DNA from: an uncultured delta proteobacterium
Lineage (GTDB): Bacteria; Desulfobacterota; Desulfomonilia; UBA1062
Length of the DNA stretch: 64,000 nt
Reading direction: 5' to 3'
Assembly (NCBI GenBank): GCA_963785235.1
Contig: CAWAUM010000007.1
Location: 128,001-192,000, forward strand
The notes under the pieces are model-generated. The model saw nothing but the letters and a program-made list of their open reading frames with translations, was not told the origin of the DNA and ran no database searches. Positions 25,127 to 35,386 of this stretch are shown in pieces (within the stretch, counting starts at the first letter, position 1; each line of letters begins with the position of its first letter). The position numbers were made by a program, and so were the translations under genes.

Positions 25127-26219
25127 ATGAAAAAGAAACCCTTCAGTTTCATGATGATTGTACTGTTCATTATGATCCTGTTTCTGCCCTCGTGCATAAC
25201 GGAAAGCGAGATCTATCAATCGGCCAAAGGAGAGAAAGATCTGCCCGAAGTGGCGCCTCCTTGCCAGGGCAAGGGAGGCGTATGGGCCGTATGTTCAATG
25301 GAAGCAGGCCCTGATAAAGGAACTCATGGACGGCAGTCAGATAGTATATACCAAGATGGGCCCTGTGGAATATACAATCAACGGCGAGAGCGGCCCGTAC
25401 ATGATCGTCATGCACGGAGGCCCGGGCGGATATGATCAGACAGCGGCCCTGTTCAGCGATATGTTCGGGAAAGGGTTTCGTGTTGTAAGCTGGTCCCGGC
25501 CGGGCTATCTCCGCACCCCCATACAAGATGGGAAAACGTTTGAAGAGCAGGCCGATGTTGCGGCTGCCCTCATGGATAATCTGGGCATCGAGCAGGCTTC
25601 TCTCCTTGGATACTCGGCCGGCGGTCCGGTGGCCATTTATTTTGCCGTAAAATACCCCAAACGCGTCTGGGCGCTTATCCTTGAATGCGCAGTGACCCAG
25701 CAGTGGGTTATCAGCTCAGAGAATATCCAGGAGAAGATCTATTTCGGGTATCTCATGTACAACGACCCGTTCCTCTGGACCTCGGACGTGACCAGCCAGG
25801 TGTCTCCGCGGCTCATCGGTATGTCGACCATCGAAATGGAAAGCCATCTTGACAAGGAAGCAGCAAAGAAACTCATGGACAGCATCATGCAGGACCCGCG
25901 CAGGGTGAAAGTGCTCACCGGCATGATGAAGAGCATGAGCCCGGGAGAACTCCGGAAAGACGGCATGGTCAACGACGTGGAGCAGCTTGAAAAGGTGAAA
26001 GACCTGCCGCTGAAAAACATCAAGGCTCCCACCCTGATAATCCATGGCACGGACGATGCGGATGTCTCGGTTGCTGATGCAGCCCATGCAGTAAATAGAA
26101 TACCCAATGCGAAATTATATCTCGTGCATGGAGGGTTCCATGTCATGGCACTCACCGATGCGATAGATGCCATAACCGAGCAGAGGGTCGGGTTCCTGAA
26201 AAAGTATACCCCGAAGTGA
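25127..26219 (+). CDS. Alpha/beta-fold hydrolase lipoprotein; frameshift ~25250
   Basis: LPSC lipobox; HGGPGG, GYSAG nucleophile elbow, HGTDD, GGFH. Confidence 0.8.
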
Positions 26220-26337
26220 TTTTTTTATGATCGTTGGAAAACTCATTCAATATCACATAGAAAAATATTGAGATCTTGATAGAAGAGCATCTTTCTGGGT
26301 ATCATGCAGAGTTAGAGCTATGGCTTAAGGAGGCTTC

Positions 26338-27105
26338 ATGAAGATAGTAAAATTGTGGATGACATGTATACTTGTCATATTTTCCATTTTCATCCTGATG
26401 AGTGCCAGTGCATACGCCCAGAGAACAGTTGCCGTGGCTGTGGATGGTGATTGGGCGCCCATGAAGATGAAGGACGACAAGGGGAATCTCACGGGATATG
26501 AAATAGACATGATAAAGGCCATTGGTGCCGAAGGCGGATTTCAGGTTAACCTCGTAGAGGTGCCGTGGGAGAATATCTTCTATGACCTGGATGCAGGCAA
26601 ATTCGACGCTGTAATGGCCTCGGTGAGCATAACGGATAAAAGAAAAGAGAAGTTCGATTTTTCACAGCCGTATTTTTCAGCAGAGCAGCTCCTTGTAGTT
26701 CGGAAGTCTTCTGTTTCGGAATCGCTCAAGGGAAAAACCATTGCCGCATTTGAAGCAACGACAGGGGCGGCTGCACTCAAGAAGTCCGAGCTTGTTGAAA
26801 AGAGATTTTACCCTGTCGAAGTGATGGAAAGGCCCTTCATGGATCTGGCAGACGGCAAGGTTGACGGCGTCCTGTGCGATACACCTGTTGCCATCAACTA
26901 TGCCTTCATGAAGGATGCATATAAAGGGAAGTTCGCCATTGGGAGCGAAAGAACCGTGCTGGGCAAGCCTTCAGCAACGGAAGATTATGCTGTCGTGGTG
27001 AAGAAAGGCAACACTGATGTCCTTGCCCTCATAAACAAGGGTATAAAGGCCGTTGCTGCAAAAGGTATCGATGCCAGGCTCAAGGCCAAGTGGATCAGGT
27101 GGTAG
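26338..27105 (+). CDS. Amino-acid ABC transporter substrate-binding protein (family 3)
   Basis: WAPM...GYEID, ITDKRKEKFDFSQPY. Confidence 0.88.
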   Translation: MKIVKLWMTCILVIFSIFILMSASAYAQRTVAVAVDGDWAPMKMKDDKGNLTGYEIDMIKAIGAEGGFQVNLVEVPWENIFYDLDAGKFDAVMASVSITDKRKEKFDFSQPYFSAEQLLVVRKSSVSESLKGKTIAAFEATTGAAALKKSELVEKRFYPVEVMERPFMDLADGKVDGVLCDTPVAINYAFMKDAYKGKFAIGSERTVLGKPSATEDYAVVVKKGNTDVLALINKGIKAVAAKGIDARLKAKWIRW

Positions 27106-27376
27106 AGGCCGCTGAATCTGGTTCTTCGGCTGGTGGCCCGGTGCCATCAACTGAATGAACTTGCACAGGTGTTCAAAAATTATTTTCGTAGTATTTTATA
27201 GTGGTATTCGCCTTAAAAGCCGCAACCAGCCTGATTTTGGGGGTGTAATGATATCGATGGGTTAGATGAAAATATTTTAACCCTGATATATTCGCATATT
27301 GACATGGGCATGTATCTGCATTAATAATATTATGTAGTTATAGAGATCTCTCGACCACAAAGGAGGTAAGTGCCAA

Positions 27377-27667
27377 ATGGGAACCCTCACAAAGAGCGGT
27401 ATCATTGATGAGATCGTTCTGAATACAGGTCTGTCCAGGAAAGAGGCCAGTGATGGGATCGAGACGTTTATCGATATCATCAAGGGGAATCTTTCAAAGA
27501 AGGAGCCGGTAAGCATATCCGGATTCGGCAAATGGAAGATCAGAGAGAAATCGGCACGTCGCGGCCGGAACCCGAAGACCGCTAAGGAGATTACCATTTC
27601 TCCAAGAAAGGTGGTCACCTTCTCCCTATCCAATGTGCTGAGGGCAAAGCTCACCAGCAAGGGTTGA
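27377..27667 (+). CDS. ihfA: Integration host factor alpha-like / HU family DNA-binding protein
   Basis: LTK...ISGFGKW.IREKSARRGRNPKT..EITISPRKVVTF. Confidence 0.8.
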   Translation: MGTLTKSGIIDEIVLNTGLSRKEASDGIETFIDIIKGNLSKKEPVSISGFGKWKIREKSARRGRNPKTAKEITISPRKVVTFSLSNVLRAKLTSKG

Positions 27668-27809
27668 TAGCAGCGATATTCTCTCGTTCACACCAGCCGT
27701 GCGTTTCATCTGCAGGCCTTTATAGCGCATGTGGAAGCCTATTCGGTGGAGGTGACAGAGAACAGAGACTGTATCTGAAGGTTGTTAAAGAAAAATAAAG
27801 GTAAGCTGT

Positions 27810-27839
27810 AAGGCCCGAAGGCTGTAGCCTCCGGGCCTT
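27810..27839. terminator. Hairpin between convergent ihfA and ferredoxin genes
   Basis: AAGGCCCGAAGGCT-GT-AGCCTCCGGGCCTT. Confidence 0.55.
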
Positions 27840-27854
27840 GTGATGTAAGTATCC

Positions 27855-28028
27855 TTATTCCCCAGGTTCTATCGCGTCTGTGGGACAGACGTCCGCACAG
27901 GCACCGCAATCGGTGCATAATTCCGGATCAATGGAGTACTTGTCGTCACCCTCACTGATAGCTTCAACAGGACATTCATCGATGCAAGTTCCACAGGCGA
28001 TGCATTCATCAGTAATTACGTAAGCCAT
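27855..28028 (-). CDS. 2[4Fe-4S] ferredoxin (57 aa)
   Basis: MAYVITDECIACGTCIDECP...CTDCGACADVCP; AGAGGTG RBS; true start is 28028, not the long ORF call. Confidence 0.95.
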   Translation of the reverse strand: MAYVITDECIACGTCIDECPVEAISEGDDKYSIDPELCTDCGACADVCPTDAIEPGE

Positions 28029-28233
28029 TGTAGCACCTCTCCTTTTCTGATTTCCTGATTGGTTGGTATAGGAAATATTGTGAAATGGCAAGTATTTTTT
28101 TGGTATCTTATAACGTCTGAGCACTATATTTTCCAAACAGGAAATGTAATGATCATGACTAAATACTAGGGTTGTAGTATTAAAAAGTGACACAATATCA
28201 TTTAAGATTAGGACAGCATGATGAGCAAAAAAA

Positions 28234-28698
28234 ATGATGGATTTATTGATGCACTCGAGCACAGGAGTTACTTCTTCGATCACAGGGGTGAGGTTCCAGT
28301 GTACACAATGCGGTATATGCTGTACCGGAGAGCCGGGCATAGTATACATAGACTCAGATGAGGCTGAACGAATCGCCTCATATCTTGAGATACCTGTTGA
28401 AGTGCTCACAGCAAGGATGCTGGACCCATTCAAGGACGGCTACACCGCACGTGAAGCGGAAGGCGGCCGGTGCATTTTTTATGAGAACGGCTGCGTCATT
28501 TATCCTGTCAGGCCAATCCAGTGCCTTACCTTTCCCTTCTGGTTCCAGAACATGCGTTCTGTTTCAGCCTGGGACGATGCGCTGCTGCAATGCCCCGGCA
28601 TCGGACAAGGCCGTCTTTATACGAAGGAAGAGATCATATCCATGATCCAGGCCAGCTATCATGTCTATGTAAAGGCGCTTGAATGGTTATATAAATAG
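28234..28698 (+). CDS. YkgJ-family cysteine-cluster protein
   Basis: FQCTQCGICC, CIFY, C.IYPVRPIQCLTFPFW, CPG. Confidence 0.85.
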   Translation: MMDLLMHSSTGVTSSITGVRFQCTQCGICCTGEPGIVYIDSDEAERIASYLEIPVEVLTARMLDPFKDGYTAREAEGGRCIFYENGCVIYPVRPIQCLTFPFWFQNMRSVSAWDDALLQCPGIGQGRLYTKEEIISMIQASYHVYVKALEWLYK

Positions 28699-28852
28699 GT
28701 AGCAAAATGCTCACTGTTGAGTCCGGCCGGGAAATCAAGTATAGAGAAAGTATGTGAGAGCACTCTTCTTGTAATTCACACCTGTGAAGCATACTCACCA
28801 CGATTCCGGGTAATATCCACATCAGATAACTTGATATTAAAGGAGGAAGCAC

Positions 28853-29411
28853 ATGAACAAGCAAAAGCAGGGTCCGCGGACAACTCCTTTTCCCCATGCC
28901 CTCGGTGCTTATCGGTGCTGAGGTGGATGGCAAGGCCAATTTCATGACCGTAGCCTGGTGCGGCATAGCATCGCATCAGCCTCCAACGGTATCGGTTGCC
29001 ATACGTAAAGGTCGCTATACCCTTAAGGGGATAGAAGCGAATCATTGTTTCTCGGTAAATATTCCATCAAGCAAGATGGCAAAGATTGTAGATTACTGCG
29101 GCATCTATTCCGGCAAGGACAGGGACAAATCTACCCTTTTTTCAGTCAGCAAGGGGGAAGACCCTCGCATTCCGCTCATTGATGATTGCCCGGTAAATCT
29201 TGAATGCAAGCTGCTCCATACCCTTGATCTGGGCAGCCATACCCTTATAATAGGTGAAATCATTCAATCATATATCTGGCAGGATTGCATGCAGGGGAAG
29301 AAGATCGATGCCCTCATGGTAGATCCCCTGATCTATTCTACCTCTTCCGAGACCTACCACAAGCTTGGTGAAGTAGTGGGCCAGGCCTTTCAGATGGGAA
29401 AGGAGCTCTAA
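28853..29411 (+). CDS. Flavin reductase-like (flavoredoxin) protein; frameshift near start
   Basis: AGGAGG RBS; PMPSVLIG, NFMTVAW, CPVNLEC, GSHTLIIGEI. Confidence 0.85.
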
Positions 29412-29454
29412 GACTTTACACCCAGGTTCTGCATATAAGAGGAATAAACCTTGA

Positions 29455-29539
29455 TCCGTTAAAAACATCAATCATGCAGCCTTCAGGTCCGATAAAATTA
29501 GTGCTCCACAGAGGCTGCATGATTGATGTTTTTAACGGA
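29455..29539. repeat. Perfect 28-bp inverted repeat with 29-nt spacer
   Basis: TCCGTTAAAAACATCAATCATGCAGCCT (29455-29482) and its exact reverse complement (29512-29539). Confidence 0.9.
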
Positions 29540-29682
29540 CCTATTTTTTAAAAACAGTCCAATGGCCGCTATGAATTCCATACTCAAGACCGCCCAAAAG
29601 CATACAGCTATTCAGGCTAGATTCAAACACACAATCCGGGTTTCTTCTGGATTCTGCTTCTCTGATTCTGTATTCTCATGTC

Positions 29683-30354
29683 ATGGATGACCTGCAGAAA
29701 ACTTACCGGGCGGTTATCTTCGACATGGACGGCACCTTGCTCGATACCATTGATGACTTGGCCGACTCCATGAATGCGGTATTGAATAGCCTCGGCTTTC
29801 CTGCACATCCTTTAAGCAGTTATCGGGCATTCGTCGGCGACGGTATCGAGGTTCTGGTCATGAAGTCACTGCCTGAGGGGCGCCGTACCGAGCAGATCAT
29901 TGCCCAAAGTGTAAAGGCCATGAAGGAGGAATACAGCCTCAGGTGGTCGGTAAAATCAAGGCCATTTCCCGGTATACCCGAGTTGCTGGATGGGCTTACG
30001 GAAAAGGGCATGGCACTTTCCATCCTGTCCAACAAGCTCGATTCATTTACCAAGGCCATGGCAGCCTCATTGTTGCCTCATTGGAAATTTGCCGAAGTAA
30101 GGGGCCTTTCCCCGGATATCCCCAGAAAACCTGATCCGGCAGGTGCACGAATATGTGCTGAGCGTATGGGTGTAGACCCGCGGCACTGCATCTTCGTAGG
30201 CGACAGCGCTATTGATATGGAGACTGCCGGCCGGGCCGGAATGACAGCAATCGGTGTGTTATGGGGTTACCAGGATAAGCAGCTGTTGATAGATCACGGT
30301 GCAAAGATTCTCCTGGATGATCCAAGGGACCTGCTCAGACATCTAATCAAATAA
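29683..30354 (+). CDS. HAD-family hydrolase (phosphoglycolate phosphatase-like)
   Basis: FDMDGTLLDT, SNK, KPDP, VGDS. Confidence 0.88.
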   Translation: MDDLQKTYRAVIFDMDGTLLDTIDDLADSMNAVLNSLGFPAHPLSSYRAFVGDGIEVLVMKSLPEGRRTEQIIAQSVKAMKEEYSLRWSVKSRPFPGIPELLDGLTEKGMALSILSNKLDSFTKAMAASLLPHWKFAEVRGLSPDIPRKPDPAGARICAERMGVDPRHCIFVGDSAIDMETAGRAGMTAIGVLWGYQDKQLLIDHGAKILLDDPRDLLRHLIK

Positions 30355-30439
30355 TTTACCATTGACCATGGACTTACCCATCCGGTAGAGAAATCCATTG
30401 ACAGGGCCAGCAGGGCTAAAGGCCAAGAAAGGTCGTTCA

Positions 30440-31117
30440 ATGATCGGAACCATTGCAAACACATCAGCAGTCCTGGCAGGATCCCTTGTGGGGATCGTTG
30501 CCGGAAAACGCCTAGGTGCGGACCTCAAGGAAACCCTCATGAAGGCCCTAGGGCTGGCAGTTGTCGTCATCGGCCTGCAGATGGCCCTTTCAGCAAAAGG
30601 CCTTATACCTTCGGTCGCATGCCTGTTGCTTGGCGCCCTTACCGGAGAACTTATGAAGATCGAGCGCGGGGTTGAACGACTGGGAGAATTCTTAAAGGTA
30701 CGGTTCAATTCTTCCTCAGCCACCTTTGTTCAGGGGTTCATGAGTTCAACACTGTTGTATATTACCGGTGCAATGGTCATTATCGGGTGCATCCAGGACG
30801 GGACCGCAGGCAATCCGGATACACTCTATCTGAAATCCATGCTGGACGGGGTGTCATCCATTGCTCTGGCATCAACCCTGGGCATTGGAGTGGCCTTCTC
30901 TGCGTTAAGCGTGTTCGTCGTTCAGGGTTCACTCACACTCCTTGCGTCACATATTGCCTTTCTCCAGGAGCCGGTTGTACTGGCTTCCATTACATCCACC
31001 GGCGGCATGATCATCCTGGGCATCGGCATAAACCTGATGGGGCTCACTGCCATCCGGGTGGGGAATCTGATCCCGGCCTTAGTCTATGCAGCCGTATACC
31101 CGCTCATTTTTCCATGA
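30440..31117 (+). CDS. DUF554 membrane protein
   Basis: MIGTIAN..., GAM.IIG.IQDG, KSMLDG, NLIPAL. Confidence 0.85.
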   Translation: MIGTIANTSAVLAGSLVGIVAGKRLGADLKETLMKALGLAVVVIGLQMALSAKGLIPSVACLLLGALTGELMKIERGVERLGEFLKVRFNSSSATFVQGFMSSTLLYITGAMVIIGCIQDGTAGNPDTLYLKSMLDGVSSIALASTLGIGVAFSALSVFVVQGSLTLLASHIAFLQEPVVLASITSTGGMIILGIGINLMGLTAIRVGNLIPALVYAAVYPLIFP

Positions 31118-31683
31118 AGGAGGCATTCTTGAGTGCATTTCTTAAAAAAGATGACTGTTTTCTTGTTGTGGTAGACATCCAGGAGAGGCTCCATACCGCC
31201 ATGGAAGGTCAACTCAAGGATATCTATGTTAAGAATAGTGTGATCCTCATTGAAACAGCCAAATCTTGCCAGATACCGATTATCGTGTCCGAGCAATATC
31301 CCAAGGGGCTGGGATCGACTATTGCCGGAGCGGCAGAGCACCTCGAGGGTATACCCAGGCATGAAAAGCTCTTCTTCAGCTGTTACAGGGATGAGGGGAT
31401 AAAGAAGGCCATGAAGTCTACAGGCAGGAAGACGGCGGTCATCATCGGAATCGAGACCCATGTGTGCGTCATGCAGACCGCGCTGGACCTCCTTGATGAC
31501 GGCTATCGCGTAGTAATTGCCAGCGATGCAGTCTGCTCAAGACGGGCGCATGACAGGGTTACCTCGCTCGATGCCATGGCGCGTCTCGGGGTGCTTATAT
31601 ATCCCACGGAAACAATCGCCTTCATGTTCATGGAAAAGGCAGGAACGGATCTTTTCAAGAAGCTATCAGGGCTTTTTAAATAG
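31114..31683 (+). CDS. Isochorismatase-family hydrolase
   Basis: VVDIQERL, EQYPKGLG, GIETHVCVMQTALDL. Confidence 0.88.
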   Translation: MKEAFLSAFLKKDDCFLVVVDIQERLHTAMEGQLKDIYVKNSVILIETAKSCQIPIIVSEQYPKGLGSTIAGAAEHLEGIPRHEKLFFSCYRDEGIKKAMKSTGRKTAVIIGIETHVCVMQTALDLLDDGYRVVIASDAVCSRRAHDRVTSLDAMARLGVLIYPTETIAFMFMEKAGTDLFKKLSGLFK

Positions 31684-31860
31684 GTCCGTTGAAATGCGTA
31701 CTATCTTGCATGCCTTTATGCAACGAAAATTATTCGGATGGCTACATAGAGTCTAAACGTTATAATTACACTATCTTATCATCTGTAGACACTGGAACTT
31801 TTCAAGTTACAGCATTAAGCCCTTGAAACCATGATTCTTGTATGGTAATGGGCTCAACCA

Positions 31861-31950
31861 GCACACACGCCCGGTAGTATGACAAGGTCTGAGGTGTCCT
31901 TTTAAAACAAGGATCAGCCTTGCAGGGCGGAGGAAAAACCAAGGAGGTAG
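31861..31950 (+). promoter_or_regulatory. Probable rpsB leader (S2 autoregulatory RNA)
   Basis: CACACGCCC...GGGCG pairing that encloses an inner hairpin, directly before the rpsB RBS. Confidence 0.5.
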
Positions 31951-31953
31951 TAC

Positions 31954-32844
31954 ATGTCAGTCGTCACCATGAAACAGCTTCTCGAGGCAGGGGTCCATTT
32001 CGGCCATCAGACACCCAGGTGGAATCCAAAGATGAAACCCTACATTTTCGGTTCACGTAACGGCATCCATATCATTGATCTCCAGAAGACCGAAAAGCTC
32101 TTCGAAAAGGCATGCGATGTCATCCGTGAAACGGCAGCCAACGGCGGCAAGGTCTTGTTCGTAGGCACCAAGAAGCAGGCACAGGATGCCATCGAGGAAG
32201 AATCCCAGAGGGTAGGGGCCTTTTATGTGAATTACCGCTGGCTCGGCGGCACACTCACGAATTTCTCCACTATCAAGAAGAGCGTGGACAAGCTCAAGTG
32301 GCTTGAATCCATCATCGACAACAGCAACATCGAGAACTATCCCAAGAAGGAACAGATAATGATGAAGCGCCACAAGATGAAGCTCGAGCGCTCGCTCCAT
32401 GGGATAAAGGATCTGGGAGGTCTCCCTGATGTCCTGTACATCGTTGACCCGGCTCGTGAGTATATAGCGGTCCGAGAGGCCAAGAAACTGAAGATACCCA
32501 TAGTTGCCATTGTTGACACCAACTGCGATCCCACGCTCATCGACTATGTCATTCCCGGTAATGACGATGCCATAAGGGCTATCAGGCTGTTTACATCCAA
32601 GATAGCGGATGCGGTTGATCAGGGCAGCCAGATCTGGCAGGAAAAGCTGGCCACCGAGTTAAAAGAGGCCACTGCCGATGACAAGGGCCAGACCAAGCAG
32701 AGGTCCGCTGCACCCGAGGTTATGGGAAAGGGGCTTGAGCATGAGATTGAGATCATCGTTAAAGACAGCAGGCCGGCAAAGGTTAAGGACGCTGCAATAA
32801 CAGCTGAGTCCGTGAACCCCACCGACGACGAAGAATCAGCATAG
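31954..32844 (+). CDS. rpsB: 30S ribosomal protein S2
   Basis: [40 protein letters not shown]. Confidence 0.98.
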   Translation: MSVVTMKQLLEAGVHFGHQTPRWNPKMKPYIFGSRNGIHIIDLQKTEKLFEKACDVIRETAANGGKVLFVGTKKQAQDAIEEESQRVGAFYVNYRWLGGTLTNFSTIKKSVDKLKWLESIIDNSNIENYPKKEQIMMKRHKMKLERSLHGIKDLGGLPDVLYIVDPAREYIAVREAKKLKIPIVAIVDTNCDPTLIDYVIPGNDDAIRAIRLFTSKIADAVDQGSQIWQEKLATELKEATADDKGQTKQRSAAPEVMGKGLEHEIEIIVKDSRPAKVKDAAITAESVNPTDDEESA

Positions 32845-32865
32845 AAAAGTAGTTGGAGGTATAGA

Positions 32866-33465
32866 GTGCAGATAACATCGGATGTTGTAAAAAAACTCAG
32901 AGACAAGACAGGCGTGGGCATGATGGACTGCAAGAAGGCCCTTGAAGAGACGAATGGGGACTTTGAAAAGGCAGTGGAGGTCCTCAGGAAGAAAGGCATT
33001 GATGTTGCCAACAAGCGCTCCGGAAGAACAGCCAGCCAGGGCACAATAGCCTCATACATCCATATGGGCGGCAAGATCGGTGTGCTTCTTGAGGTGAACT
33101 GCGAGAGCGATTTTGTTGCAAAGTCGGACAACTTCAACAACTTCGTCAAAGACGTTTCCATGCAGATCGCTGCTGCAAACCCTGAGTGGGTAACAAGAGA
33201 AGAGGTGCCCCAGGAGGTACTGGATAAAGAAAAAGAAATCCTCAAAGATCAGGCACTCAAGACAGGCAAACCCGCAAACGTATTAGATAAGATCGTAGAA
33301 GGCAAACTCACCAAATTCTACTCCGAGCGTTGTCTGATCGATCAGCCTTTTGTTAAGGATCAGGACAGGACCGTTAAGCAGCTCCTGGAAGAATTGATGG
33401 CAAAAACCGGAGAGAAGTGCCTGGTAAGACGATTCGTTCGGTATCAGGTGGGTGAAGATATCTAG
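32866..33465 (+). CDS. tsf: Elongation factor Ts (short form)
   Basis: LRDKTGVGMMDCKKAL, EVNCESDFVA. Confidence 0.97.
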   Translation: MQITSDVVKKLRDKTGVGMMDCKKALEETNGDFEKAVEVLRKKGIDVANKRSGRTASQGTIASYIHMGGKIGVLLEVNCESDFVAKSDNFNNFVKDVSMQIAAANPEWVTREEVPQEVLDKEKEILKDQALKTGKPANVLDKIVEGKLTKFYSERCLIDQPFVKDQDRTVKQLLEELMAKTGEKCLVRRFVRYQVGEDI

Positions 33466-33474
33466 AGGGTTCCA

Positions 33475-34192
33475 TTGCATTATAAACGAATACTGCTCAA
33501 GATAAGCGGAGAGGCCCTTGCCGGAGGTAAGGGCTTCGGCATTGACGATGCGACATTAAAAGGTTTTGTTGCATTGGTGAAGGCAGCCATTGATGCCGGG
33601 GCCCAGGTCGGCCTTGTTATCGGCGGGGGGAATATCTTCAGGGGGATCAGCGCCACGTCCGTTATCGACCGGGTCAGCGCCGATCACATGGGCATGCTTG
33701 CTACCGTGATCAACGCCCTGGCCTTCAAGAGTGCACTTGATTGCCCAGGGTTGCCAGTGCAAGATCATGAGCGCCATCCACATACCCTCCATGGCAGAAC
33801 CCGTAGTAAGCGAAAGGGCAATCCATCATCTTGAGAAGGGAAGGGTTGTAATTTTTGCAGGCGGAACCGGCAGTCCGTTTTTCACAACCGATACCACTGC
33901 CGCATTGAGGGCCCTTGAGATCAGGGCTGATGTGCTCATAAAGGCCACGAAGGTAAACGGCATTTATGACAAAGATCCCATGAAGCATAAGGATGCACAG
34001 TTTTTCCCCGAGCTTGACTTTGATATGGTCCTTAAGATGAAGCTTGGTGTCATGGATGCAACTGCAATTTCCCTGTGCCGTGAAAACGGACTGGAAGTAA
34101 GGGTGATCAATATTTTCGAGCATGAGAGCTTGGCAAGACTCCTGAAAGGAGAGGAGATCGGATCAGTTGTAAGAGCGAGGAGGGAGAATTAA
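33475..34192 (+). CDS. pyrH: UMP kinase; frameshift ~33740
   Basis: [34 protein letters not shown]. Confidence 0.95.
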
Positions 34193-34749
34193 TGGTTGAT
34201 GACATCATCAATGACATGAAGCGCGGAATGAACAAGACCGTAGATTCCATGAAGGGTTCACTTCAAAAGGTTCGCACAGGCCGGGCTTCCATCGGTATCC
34301 TGGACGGAATCATGGTGGATTACTACGGCACTCCTACACCCATGAATCAACTGGCAACCATGGCTGTGCCGGAGGCGAGACTCATCACCATACAACCCTG
34401 GGACAAAGGTGCACTGGCACCCATCGAAAAGGCAATAATGAAATCCGAACTCGGTCTTACCCCTAACAACGACGGGAAGATCATCCGTGTCCCCATTCCC
34501 CCTCTGAACGAAGAGAGGAGAAGGGATCTTGTAAAAATGATCAAGAAAACGGCCGAAGAATTTCGTGTAGAGGCCCGTAACCATCGTCGTGATGCCAATG
34601 CACTGTTAAAAGACCTTGAGAAGGAAAAAGGAATCAACAAAGACGAGCTCAAGGTTGCCCAGGACAAGGTTCAGGACCTTACCGACAACTGCATCAAACA
34701 ACTCGATGAACAGCTTGCGATAAAAGAAAAAGAGATTATGGAAGTCTGA
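34192..34749 (+). CDS. frr: Ribosome recycling factor
   Basis: RTGRA, VDYYG.PTP, IQPWD, PPLNEERR. Confidence 0.97.
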   Translation: MVDDIINDMKRGMNKTVDSMKGSLQKVRTGRASIGILDGIMVDYYGTPTPMNQLATMAVPEARLITIQPWDKGALAPIEKAIMKSELGLTPNNDGKIIRVPIPPLNEERRRDLVKMIKKTAEEFRVEARNHRRDANALLKDLEKEKGINKDELKVAQDKVQDLTDNCIKQLDEQLAIKEKEIMEV

Positions 34750-34855
34750 TGAGTATACTTAGAGGCAGAGTAGTTCTTAAGCATCAGACAGGTGTTGAGC
34801 CTGGTATTGATTTATACGAAGATATCTCGACTGGAAAGAACGAGGAGGTGCATCT

Positions 34856-35353
34856 GTGATTCGCGCAAAAGAGGAAAAGGTTTCTTCACGATTTATGATG
34901 TACTTTAAACCAACAAACTTGAGTGAGCTCAGGGTCATTTCGCGGATGCTGAACATCGCCATGGTTGATTTTGTAGGTGCTGCCATGGATGCTTATATCT
35001 TCAAGAAAGAAGGGGAGCTGGACGGGAAAGTGCCGTTGCGTCAGAAGAGAAGATACGTAGGCCCAAGGAACGATACATCCGAGAAGCGGATTCGTTATGT
35101 CATGCGCCTGGACAAGAACCTGGTGGAGAAGCTCAGAGACATCGCGTCTTTTGACAACCGCAGGTTTACCCATGTCTGTGATGATGCCGTTGCCAACTTT
35201 ATTCAGTTCACAAAGCAGGCCAAGAATTTTAAGAATATCTGGACGGCACGGTCTGATGTCGAGGCAGTCAGAGGAAGGAAGAGCGTCAAATCCAATGAGG
35301 AGATAGCAGGCCTCTTGAATGGATATAAGAATAAGGTTCCATCAGTAGGCTGA
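34856..35353 (+). CDS. Hypothetical protein with two ribbon-helix-helix-like units
   Basis: GAGGAGG RBS, GTG start; two beta-alpha-alpha-like repeats. Confidence 0.55.
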   Translation: MIRAKEEKVSSRFMMYFKPTNLSELRVISRMLNIAMVDFVGAAMDAYIFKKEGELDGKVPLRQKRRYVGPRNDTSEKRIRYVMRLDKNLVEKLRDIASFDNRRFTHVCDDAVANFIQFTKQAKNFKNIWTARSDVEAVRGRKSVKSNEEIAGLLNGYKNKVPSVG

Positions 35354-35386
35354 CGGAAGAGTGGATTTGAAGCGAAGGAGGAGCTC

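Noticed and set aside
27855-28433. 192-aa minus-strand ORF
   Set aside because: Only the last 57 codons are the ferredoxin. The rest overlaps intergenic DNA and the YkgJ-like gene.
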